Virus record (IMG/VR): IMGVR_UViG_3300034980_000365
Span: 1-52,307 of that record
DNA length: 52,307 nt
Direction: 5' to 3' (one strand)
Source: a virus
Lineage: Duplodnaviria; Caudoviricetes
Shown here: positions 44,508 through 52,307 of the stretch, piece after piece
Position numbering within the stretch: position 1 is the first letter of the stretch
Layout of the letters: the number at the start of each line of letters is the position of its first letter
Made by a program: the position numbers and the translations under genes
Notes under the pieces: generated by a model
Told to the model about the DNA's origin: nothing
Database searches by the model: none
What the model saw: only the letters and a program-made list of their open reading frames with translations

Positions 44508-45156
44508 ATACGATGTTAAGAAATTTCCATTTAGAAAAATGGTTAAAGACATTTTCCAAGTGGATGATTTAGAAAAAATACATACTCATTATACATATCC
44601 AACTGATATGTGTACTATGGCAGATAATTCTAATTCAATATATCATCAGAGATTTTATGATAAACTGAGAGAAGGTTGGCGTGATTTTATAAATGTATAT
44701 GAAAATTTTATTAAAGAAGTGGTAGTAGAATCTATTGATGAGGAATTTATTTTTCAGAAAACACCTACGCTCAGACTTCATTTGGTTAATAATTGGGCTA
44801 CACCAGAGTTTCATTGTGATTCACAAGATGGCTATAATCATCCAGACGGTGAGTGGAATTTCATCATACCATTGACTAAATGTTATGGAACAAATAGTGT
44901 ATGGATAGAATCAGAACCTGGTAAAGGAGATTATAAACCTGCAATTATGGATAATGGAGATTTATTAAAATTCTATGGTAATAAATGTAGACATGGAAAT
45001 AAAGTAAATAAAACAAGTAGAACAAGGGCGAGTTTTGACTTTCGTATACTACCATTAAGTAAATATAAACCAGAAAATTACACACAATCGGGAACACGAA
45101 ATATGAAATTTGAAGTAGGTTCTTATTATAAGGAGCTAGAAGGACGTGAAAGTTAA
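44500..45156 (+). CDS. StrG-like 2OG-Fe(II) oxygenase-fold protein
   Basis: FQKTPTLR, FHCD (HxD), HGNKVN, RASFDFR. Confidence 0.72.
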   Translation: MIKYDVKKFPFRKMVKDIFQVDDLEKIHTHYTYPTDMCTMADNSNSIYHQRFYDKLREGWRDFINVYENFIKEVVVESIDEEFIFQKTPTLRLHLVNNWATPEFHCDSQDGYNHPDGEWNFIIPLTKCYGTNSVWIESEPGKGDYKPAIMDNGDLLKFYGNKCRHGNKVNKTSRTRASFDFRILPLSKYKPENYTQSGTRNMKFEVGSYYKELEGRES

Positions 45157-46255
45157 TCAATTTCAACCATTTATTGGCGATGAAGAATATAAAGCAATAA
45201 AATCTTGTTTTGATAATAATTGGATAACAGAAGGTCCAAAGACTAAAGAATTTTCTGATCGGCTTTTGGAGTTAACAGGCGCAAAATATGGCGTGTTCAC
45301 ACCGAATGGAACACTAGCGTTATATCTTGGTTTAAGAGCTATTGGTGTGTGTAGTGGTGATGAAGTTATAGTCCCAAACTTTACATTTATAGCATCAGCC
45401 AACGCAGTTGAAATGTGTGGCGCTAAACCAGTATTCGTTGATATAAATAAAGATGATTTACAAATCAATATAGAAGATTGTAATAGGGTTTTAACCAATA
45501 ATACAAAGGCTATAATGCCGGTCCATATATTTGGTTTATCTGCTAATATGGATGAAGTTATGGATTTTGCTAATAAAAATAATTTAAAAGTTATTGAAGA
45601 TGCGGCTCAGGCTATTGGAATAAAATGGGGTGGTAAGCACTGTGGAACATTTGGTGATGTTGGTTGTTTTTCTTTTTTCGCAGATAAAACTATAACTACT
45701 GGCGAGGGTGGTTTCGTAACGACTAGTGATGCAGATGTATATAACAAATTATTACTTCTACGGAATCAGGGTAGATTAAATCGTGGTTCATTTGTTCACC
45801 AAGCAATAGGTTATAATTTTAGGATTACTGATATACAAGCCGCTATGGGCTTGGTTCAATTAAATAAATTGGATGATATTATTGATAGAAAATTAAATCT
45901 GTTAAAAATGTATAAAGAAAAATTAGAAGGTGTTAGTGGTATTAGAATAATAGAACCAGATTCTAAATCTAATCATATTCCATTTCGTGTAGTTTTGATG
46001 TGTGATGAACCAGCAACTGATTTGATGGATGTATTTACAGATAATGATATAGAAATACGAACTGTGTTTTACCCATTACACAAACAACCTTGTTATAAAA
46101 ATTTAGATGAGAGCCAAGATTGCATTTATGATAAAATATTTTCTAATTCAATTCACGCTTATAATCATGGCGTGTGCTTGCCATCATATCCAGAATTGGA
46201 TGAAAACCAAGTTGACTATATTTGTAATGTTATAAAGGAATATTTTAATGTATAG
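45146..46255 (+). CDS. DegT/DnrJ/StrS PLP aminotransferase (perosamine synthase-like)
   Basis: NGTLAL, FTFIAS, IEDAAQ, SFFADKTITTGEGG, GYNFR, LPSYP. Confidence 0.92.
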   Translation: MKVNQFQPFIGDEEYKAIKSCFDNNWITEGPKTKEFSDRLLELTGAKYGVFTPNGTLALYLGLRAIGVCSGDEVIVPNFTFIASANAVEMCGAKPVFVDINKDDLQINIEDCNRVLTNNTKAIMPVHIFGLSANMDEVMDFANKNNLKVIEDAAQAIGIKWGGKHCGTFGDVGCFSFFADKTITTGEGGFVTTSDADVYNKLLLLRNQGRLNRGSFVHQAIGYNFRITDIQAAMGLVQLNKLDDIIDRKLNLLKMYKEKLEGVSGIRIIEPDSKSNHIPFRVVLMCDEPATDLMDVFTDNDIEIRTVFYPLHKQPCYKNLDESQDCIYDKIFSNSIHAYNHGVCLPSYPELDENQVDYICNVIKEYFNV

Positions 46256-47000
46256 CGGAAAGCTGGTAAAATATTACGATGATTTATATCATAATAAAGA
46301 TTATACTATTGAATCTACATTTATAGAAAATAATTCTAAAGTAAATAAAGTTTTAGATATAGGATGTGGTACAGGAGCCCATATAAAGAATTTATATAAA
46401 GATGGTAGAATATTTTATGGAATTGACTCCGAGCATAAAATGTTAGATATAGCAAGTATTAAGTTCAGAAATCATTCTAATGTTTTTCTTAAAGGCTGTT
46501 ATATAGAAGAATTTACAGAGGAGAAAGATTTTGATACTATTATTAGTATGTTTAATATTGTGAATCATATTTTAAACAGAAAAGATTTAGAATCATATTT
46601 CAAAACAATATCAGAATTATTATCATTTGATGGAACTTTTATATTTGATTGTTTTAATTCTGACACAGTTGTTGATGATGAAACGAGAGAGACGTTGAAG
46701 GAAATTGTTTCATCTGTAATAGGTGGAAGGTATCTCATAAAAAATAAAACCGATTTCGACTGTGATACTGGATATATGAAAATGTTTAATAATGTTAGAG
46801 TCTTTCATTTAGATGAAGAAGTAGATTCTTTTGATTACATATTAGAGCATAAGATATGGCTATCAGATTTTTTAAAAGAATTAATTGAGAAGTATAGTAT
46901 GAAGGTAGAGAAAGTAGTTTCCAATTCCGATTATAATATGGAAGCTTCTACTGATGATTTAAAAATTACATTTGTCTGTAAAAAACAGCAGGGTAGATAA
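46248..47000 (+). CDS. SAM methyltransferase (sugar N-methyltransferase-like)
   Basis: YYDDLY..KDY..E, LDIGCGTG, MF..VNH, GTFIFD. Confidence 0.82.
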   Translation: MYSGKLVKYYDDLYHNKDYTIESTFIENNSKVNKVLDIGCGTGAHIKNLYKDGRIFYGIDSEHKMLDIASIKFRNHSNVFLKGCYIEEFTEEKDFDTIISMFNIVNHILNRKDLESYFKTISELLSFDGTFIFDCFNSDTVVDDETRETLKEIVSSVIGGRYLIKNKTDFDCDTGYMKMFNNVRVFHLDEEVDSFDYILEHKIWLSDFLKELIEKYSMKVEKVVSNSDYNMEASTDDLKITFVCKKQQGR

Positions 47001-47001
47001 T

Positions 47002-48000
47002 ATGAAAAGAAAAGCTTTTATAACAGGAATTAACGGTCAAGATGGTAGCTATCTTGCAGAACATTTATTAGAAAAAGATTACCAGGTTTATGGAATAGTT
47101 AGACGAAATTCAGTTGCTGAGAATCAGGATAGTAGAATATATCATCTAGATAATAATTCAAATCTTAATATTGAATATGGTGACTTACTTGATGTAAGTT
47201 CATTAGAAAGAATTTTGGGAAATATTAAACCTGATGAGATATATAATATCGGCGCACAATCACATGTAAGAATTAGTTTTGATATACCACAATTTACAGT
47301 ACAGACAAATGCATTGGGTGTGTTAAATTTATTAGAAGCTTATAAATTCCATTGTCCTGAAGCTAAATTCTATCAAGCGTCATCATCTGAAATGTTTGGA
47401 AGGTCTGTTGAAGAAGATGGGTATCAGAGAGAAACTACACGAATGGAGCCAACGAGTCCTTATGGTTGTGCTAAAGTATTTGGTTATAACATAGTTAGAC
47501 ATTATAGATTCGCTTATAATCTATTCGCAGTAAATGGTATTTTATTCAATCACGAATCACCAAGACGAGGTTCAAACTTTGTAACTAGTAAGGTTGTAAA
47601 GGCCGCTGTTAAAATTAAACTGGGTTTACAAGACGGTTTAGAACTTGGTAACATGGATTCGTATCGTGATTGGGGTCATTCAAAAGATTATGTTAGAGCG
47701 ATGCATATGATCATGAATCATACAGAACCTGATGACTTTGTAGTATCTACTTGTGTTACTCATTCAGTTCGTGAAATGTGTGATTATGTATTTGGTTTAT
47801 TAGATTTAGATTATAAAGACTATGTTACACAGAATGCTAAATTTTTAAGAGCGGAAGAACTTAAATATTTAAAAGGTGATTCAACGAAATTGAGAAATAC
47901 TTTTGGGTGGGAACCTGAGTATACGTTTGAGACTATGATGAAAGAAATGACAGATCATTGGATGGAAATTTTTAAAACAGAAGCACCTAGTAAGGTCTGA
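47002..48000 (+). CDS. gmd: GDP-mannose 4,6-dehydratase
   Basis: ITGINGQDGSYL, AQSHV, YQASSSE, SPYGCAK, FNHESPRRG, RDWGH. Confidence 0.95.
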   Translation: MKRKAFITGINGQDGSYLAEHLLEKDYQVYGIVRRNSVAENQDSRIYHLDNNSNLNIEYGDLLDVSSLERILGNIKPDEIYNIGAQSHVRISFDIPQFTVQTNALGVLNLLEAYKFHCPEAKFYQASSSEMFGRSVEEDGYQRETTRMEPTSPYGCAKVFGYNIVRHYRFAYNLFAVNGILFNHESPRRGSNFVTSKVVKAAVKIKLGLQDGLELGNMDSYRDWGHSKDYVRAMHMIMNHTEPDDFVVSTCVTHSVREMCDYVFGLLDLDYKDYVTQNAKFLRAEELKYLKGDSTKLRNTFGWEPEYTFETMMKEMTDHWMEIFKTEAPSKV

Positions 48001-48001
48001 T

Positions 48002-48937
48002 ATGAATATTTTACTTGTCGGCGGTGCTGGATATATAGGTGGTAAAACTACAGATACACTTATAGAGAATGGCTTAAATGTAACGGTTTATGATTCATTG
48101 GTTTATGAGGATCGTTTTTTAAAACCAGTAAATTTTATTTATGGTGATGTACGAGATACTGAAAAACTCGTTACAGCAAGTGAAAAGTTTGATGTCATCG
48201 TATTGATGGCAGCATTAGTCGGTGATCCAGCTTGTAGTATAAACTATGAACTAACAAATGAAATTAACTACGAATCTATTAAGCGATTCTGTCAAAAGGT
48301 TGACAAAAATAAACATTTAATTTTTATATCAACATGTTCTGTATATGGTGCTCAAGACGGCTTTTTGAATGAAGATAGTGATACCAACCCTTTATCATCT
48401 TACGCTACAACTAAGCTTAATGCAGAGAAGTATATTCTGGATAATGGCGGGACAGTATTTAGACTTGGTACAGTTTTTGGTGTTGGAGATAGTTATTCTA
48501 GAATCAGGATGGATTTAGTCGTTAATGTTTTAACCATGAAAGCGGTCAAGTATGGCAAGATAAATATAAACGGCGGTGAGCAGTGGAGACCTATAATAGC
48601 TGTTGAAGATATATCATACTATATATTAGAAGAATGTAATAGTAAGAATGGTGGACTTTATGTTCTTTCAAAGGAAAATGTAGTTATTAAAGATTTGGGT
48701 GAAAGAGTAGCGTCCTTGATACCGAAAACTAAAATTGAGTATAATGAAATATCATTCCAAGATGCTAGGAACTACAGAGTAGATAATTCAAAATCTTTAA
48801 ACACATTCTCGTACAGACCAAAGATAACAGTGGAGGATGAAGTTCAAAAAATCTCATCTATCATCAGAGAATCTAGAGTAAAAAATGCTGAGTCTTCACT
48901 CTATAACAATGGTCAGTATATAAAGGGTATTTTATGA
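48002..48937 (+). CDS. NAD-dependent sugar epimerase/dehydratase
   Basis: GGAGYIG, AALVGDPAC, STCSVYG, YATTK, RMDLVVN. Confidence 0.88.
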   Translation: MNILLVGGAGYIGGKTTDTLIENGLNVTVYDSLVYEDRFLKPVNFIYGDVRDTEKLVTASEKFDVIVLMAALVGDPACSINYELTNEINYESIKRFCQKVDKNKHLIFISTCSVYGAQDGFLNEDSDTNPLSSYATTKLNAEKYILDNGGTVFRLGTVFGVGDSYSRIRMDLVVNVLTMKAVKYGKININGGEQWRPIIAVEDISYYILEECNSKNGGLYVLSKENVVIKDLGERVASLIPKTKIEYNEISFQDARNYRVDNSKSLNTFSYRPKITVEDEVQKISSIIRESRVKNAESSLYNNGQYIKGIL

Positions 48938-49353
48938 TACCAAAAATAATAAATGGTGACAAATCTGTGGATGACCGTGGAATCGTGTCATACATAAATG
49001 AGTTTAAACTAAACGATGTAAAAAGATTTTATCAAATAACAAATCACAAAGTTGGTTTTGTGCGTGCTTGGCATGGTCATAGGAATGAATCTAAATTTCT
49101 TTTGTGTAATTCTGGATCGTTTAGAATTGGTGTTGTTGATTTAGAAACTGAAGAAATATATCAATTTTATTTAACTTCTACTAAACCACAAGTCTTGTTT
49201 ATTCCATCTGGTTATGCGAATGGTATACAAAATTTAACATATGAAAATCTTGTAACCGTATTTTCAACATCTTCTATAGAAGACAGTTTAGATGATGATA
49301 TTAGATTTGATTGGGATAAGTGGAATATATGGCAAATGGAGGACTTTAGATGA
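48934..49353 (+). CDS. RmlC-like sugar 3,5-epimerase (cupin)
   Basis: DDRG, VRAWHGH, LFIPSGYANG. Confidence 0.82.
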   Translation: MIPKIINGDKSVDDRGIVSYINEFKLNDVKRFYQITNHKVGFVRAWHGHRNESKFLLCNSGSFRIGVVDLETEEIYQFYLTSTKPQVLFIPSGYANGIQNLTYENLVTVFSTSSIEDSLDDDIRFDWDKWNIWQMEDFR

Positions 49354-50135
49354 TACATGTACTAGGAATTAATGGAATGCTTGGTAACTATGTTTACAGT
49401 TATCTAAATACACAATCCGACTGTAAGGGATACACTAGATCAGAGTTTGACGTTCTTGAAGATATTGCGGAGCTAGATAAATTAAATGTTTGCGAGAACG
49501 ATGTTGTAGTAAATTGTATAGGGGTTATAAAGCCGCAGATAGAAAAAATTGGTGAAACTAACTCGTTTATCATTAATAGTTATTTTCCAAATGTTTTAGC
49601 TGATCACTGCGAAAATAAAAAAGCAAAACTAATACACATAACAACTGACTGTGTGTATTCTGGAAAAACTGGAGATTACGATGAGAATTCATTACCTGAT
49701 GAATTCGATACTTATGGTTTAAGTAAGAAACTAGGTGAACCCAACAATTGCTGTGTTATAAGAACATCAATTATTGGGGAAGAAAAACATACCAAAAGAT
49801 CTCTATTGGAATGGATAAAGAGTAGTTCGGGTAAAGAGATAAAAGGGTTCACGGATCATTTATGGAATGGTGTAACATGTCTAGAACTATCTAAAGTAAT
49901 TCAAAAAACAATCTGTGAAGATTTGTTTTGGCGCGGCGTAAGACACATTCATTCACCAAATTCAGTTTCAAAATTTGAATTACTAAACCTTGTAAATCAA
50001 GTGTACGACCTAGATATAAAAATTGCCCCAGTTACTTCAAATAGTTGCTGTGATAGAACTTTATCTAGCATACACGATACATCATCTGAGTTATGCTCAA
50101 AAGAAATAAAAGAACAAATAAAAGAAATGGTATGA
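49350..50135 (+). CDS. RmlD-like NDP-4-keto-sugar reductase
   Basis: GINGMLG, NCIG, ITTDCVY, YGLSK, RTSIIG. Confidence 0.85.
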   Translation: MIHVLGINGMLGNYVYSYLNTQSDCKGYTRSEFDVLEDIAELDKLNVCENDVVVNCIGVIKPQIEKIGETNSFIINSYFPNVLADHCENKKAKLIHITTDCVYSGKTGDYDENSLPDEFDTYGLSKKLGEPNNCCVIRTSIIGEEKHTKRSLLEWIKSSSGKEIKGFTDHLWNGVTCLELSKVIQKTICEDLFWRGVRHIHSPNSVSKFELLNLVNQVYDLDIKIAPVTSNSCCDRTLSSIHDTSSELCSKEIKEQIKEMV

Positions 50136-50587
50136 TTAGAACAATTAAAAAGACAGATCTAGATAACCCCTTTAAAGGATTAATAGCTGGATGTTTTGAT
50201 ATAATCCATCCGGGTTATATAAGAATGTTTCAGGACGCAAAAACGGTTTGTGATCATTTGATAATTGCATTACAGTCCGATCCAACTATAGACAGGCCGG
50301 AAAGCAAGAATCCCCCCATATATTCTGTAGAAGAAAGACTTTTAATTATTTCAAGCATAAAGCATGTAGATGAGGTGGTTCAATATTCTACAGAAAAAGA
50401 TCTTTATGATTTATTGAAATCATTAAAAGAAAAAAAACGTATAGATGTTCGGATACTTGGCAGTGACTACATCAACAAATCTTTCACTGGAGATGACTTA
50501 CAAATACCTATTCATTTTCATAACAGGGATCATACTTGGTCTGTGTCTAATATTAGAAGACGTATCATAGAGACAACAATATCATGA
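50132..50587 (+). CDS. Glycerol-3-phosphate cytidylyltransferase-like (TagD-like)
   Basis: GCFDIIHPG, LQSDPTIDRP, ILGSDY, R.H.WS; start at ATG 50132. Confidence 0.82.
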   Translation: MIRTIKKTDLDNPFKGLIAGCFDIIHPGYIRMFQDAKTVCDHLIIALQSDPTIDRPESKNPPIYSVEERLLIISSIKHVDEVVQYSTEKDLYDLLKSLKEKKRIDVRILGSDYINKSFTGDDLQIPIHFHNRDHTWSVSNIRRRIIETTIS

Positions 50588-51489
50588 AAGCAATAGTAAC
50601 TGGCGGTTGTGGGTTCATAGGTTCTAACCTTGTTGATTCACTTGTGGAAAAAGATGTTGAAGTTATTGTTATAGATAATGAATCGGCAGATTGTCATGAT
50701 CAGGTTTACCAGAATAATAATGCATCATATTATAAGTATGATATAAATGATTATGATTTGATAGAACCATTATTTGCAGATGTTGATTATGTGTTTCACT
50801 TAGCGGCAGAAGCCAGAATACAACCAACTATTGAAAACCCAAGACTTGCAATGCAAACAAATGTTCTTGGCACATGCAATGTTCTAGAAGCCTCTAGAAA
50901 ACATAATGTCAAAAGGGTAATGTACTCATCTACTTCTTCAGCTTATGGATTAAAGAATGATCCACCGCTTATGGAAACTATGGCTAGAGATTGTTTAAAT
51001 CCATATTCAGTTTCAAAATGTGCAGGGGAGGATTTATGCAAAATGTATCACAGTCTTTATGGACTAGAAACTGTTATATTTAGATACTTTAATGTGTATG
51101 GGGAGAGACAACCAACAAAAGGTCAATATGCGCCGGTAATTGGTATTTTTCAAAAGCAATATGCGAATGGTGAGCCGATGACCGTCGTTGGTGATGGGTT
51201 GCAGACTCGTGATTATGTTCATGTCTCAGATGTTGTAGAGGCTAATATCCTTATGGCTTTACATGAAGATAAATCTTGCTTGGGTGAAATTTTTAACGTG
51301 GGAACCGGTAACAACTATTCAGTTCTGGATATAGTGTTTATGATTGGCTCTGAAGATGCAGACTATGCACATATTCCAAATAGATCCGGTGAGGCGAGAC
51401 ATACACTAGCCGATAACAAAAAGTTAAAATCTTTTGGGTGGAATTCTAAAGTCAATCTTAAAGAATGGGCAAGGGGTAATTATGATTAG
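50584..51489 (+). CDS. NAD-dependent NDP-sugar 4-epimerase-like
   Basis: TGGCGFIGS, YSVSK, RYFNVYG, GDGLQTRDY. Confidence 0.9.
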   Translation: MKAIVTGGCGFIGSNLVDSLVEKDVEVIVIDNESADCHDQVYQNNNASYYKYDINDYDLIEPLFADVDYVFHLAAEARIQPTIENPRLAMQTNVLGTCNVLEASRKHNVKRVMYSSTSSAYGLKNDPPLMETMARDCLNPYSVSKCAGEDLCKMYHSLYGLETVIFRYFNVYGERQPTKGQYAPVIGIFQKQYANGEPMTVVGDGLQTRDYVHVSDVVEANILMALHEDKSCLGEIFNVGTGNNYSVLDIVFMIGSEDADYAHIPNRSGEARHTLADNKKLKSFGWNSKVNLKEWARGNYD

Positions 51490-51913
51490 AGGAATAAGAA
51501 AAACAGATCTCAATAACTCTTTCTTTTCTTTATTAGCCCAACTATCTGGAGAAGTTACGTCTTACGACGTAGATCATTTATGGAATGAATACACTAAACA
51601 TTCAAACTATATTACATTTGTTGATGAGGTTAAAGAAACGGGTCAGCAGGGGAGAATAGCCGCGACATCCAGCGTGCTGATCGAGGACAAGTTTCTTCAC
51701 TGTGGTAGTCGCGTCGGTCACATCGAAGATGTTGTGGTAGACAAGGATGCTCGTGGGACTGGATTGGGTCAGAAGATTGTTCAGCACTGTATAGATTACT
51801 GTCGTGGTGCCGGTTGTTATAAAGTTATTCTAGACTGTTCAAACAAGAATGCGCCATTCTATATCAATTGTGGGATGTATCTGAGCGAAAACTGTATGAG
51901 AATAGATCTGTGA
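51482..51913 (+). CDS. Glucosamine-6-phosphate N-acetyltransferase (GNA1-type GNAT)
   Basis: LLAQL, IEDKFLH, GHIEDVVV, RGTGLG, GCYKVILDC, PFY. Confidence 0.88.
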   Translation: MIRGIRKTDLNNSFFSLLAQLSGEVTSYDVDHLWNEYTKHSNYITFVDEVKETGQQGRIAATSSVLIEDKFLHCGSRVGHIEDVVVDKDARGTGLGQKIVQHCIDYCRGAGCYKVILDCSNKNAPFYINCGMYLSENCMRIDL

Positions 51914-52307
51914 GATTTAAAACTTATGGGATAGTTTCTGGTTATTTTAACCCCGTTCATCGCGGTCATATAGACTACTTTGAAGAAGCACAAAGAAATT
52001 GTGACTACCTCTTTGCCATCATAAATAATGATGAACAGGTGAAGGTTAAAGGTTCCAAACCTTTTATGGATGAGCTTGAAAGACAGAGGATCATATCATC
52101 CATAAAGTACGTTGATGAAGCTATTGTTTCTATGGATACAGATTCGAGTGTTTCTAAGACAATAAAATTTATCACAACTATAGTAGAGAGGAAGGACGGT
52201 GATTACATTATCCGCTTCTTCAATAGTGGTGATAGAGACTCGAACAATTACAATTTTTCTGAACAGGATATTTGTGAGAAGTACGGGGTGATACCGTTCT
52301 TTCTGGA
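51910..52307 (+). CDS. Cytidylyltransferase (HxGH family), 3'-truncated by window edge
   Basis: My translation from GTG 51910: SGYFNPVHRGH...NNDEQ..KG.KPFM...ER...NSGDR. Confidence 0.82.
   Translation, partial: MRFKTYGIVSGYFNPVHRGHIDYFEEAQRNCDYLFAIINNDEQVKVKGSKPFMDELERQRIISSIKYVDEAIVSMDTDSSVSKTIKFITTIVERKDGDYIIRFFNSGDRDSNNYNFSEQDICEKYGVIPFFL

Noticed and set aside
1-52307. Stop-codon reassignment
   Set aside because: Full-length conserved genes end in TAA, TAG and TGA under code 11 with high coding density; the only tRNA is not a suppressor.
30777-52307. Giant eukaryotic virus origin suggested by GNA1, GT29 and glycan genes
   Set aside because: Overlapping operonic genes with Shine-Dalgarno sites and DnaB/DnaG/RecA point to a bacteriophage.

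Overview
This window looks like part of a large dsDNA tailed bacteriophage genome. The evidence is dense, ATGA-overlapped genes with Shine-Dalgarno sites, phage-type DnaB/DnaG/RecA/PhoH/ThyX/NrdJ, many small ORFans and no cellular housekeeping operons. Two arms diverge from a non-coding switch region at about 30310-30776. The left arm (minus strand, 1-30307) carries replication, recombination and dNTP-supply genes (dNMP kinase, primase, helicase, RecA, dUTPase, class II RNR, two deaminases, ThyX, SSB). It also carries a secreted trypsin/thioredoxin fusion, a tRNA-Ile(UAU), a GT29 sialyltransferase-like/NeuA-like pair, and a 2.3 kb gene-cassette array. In that array every junction is the same 16-bp sequence AGGAGTTGATAAATGA (RBS + stop + start), and the cassettes include three mosaic YopX paralogues. 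The right arm (plus strand, 30777-end) is an AT-rich operon of 29 ORFs for nucleotide-sugar synthesis, modification and transfer. The switch region holds a 73-bp dyad with back-to-back TATAAT boxes, followed by a candidate ~200-nt multi-stem, pseudoknotted ncRNA. All calls come from reading motifs by eye; no database searches or folding programs were run.
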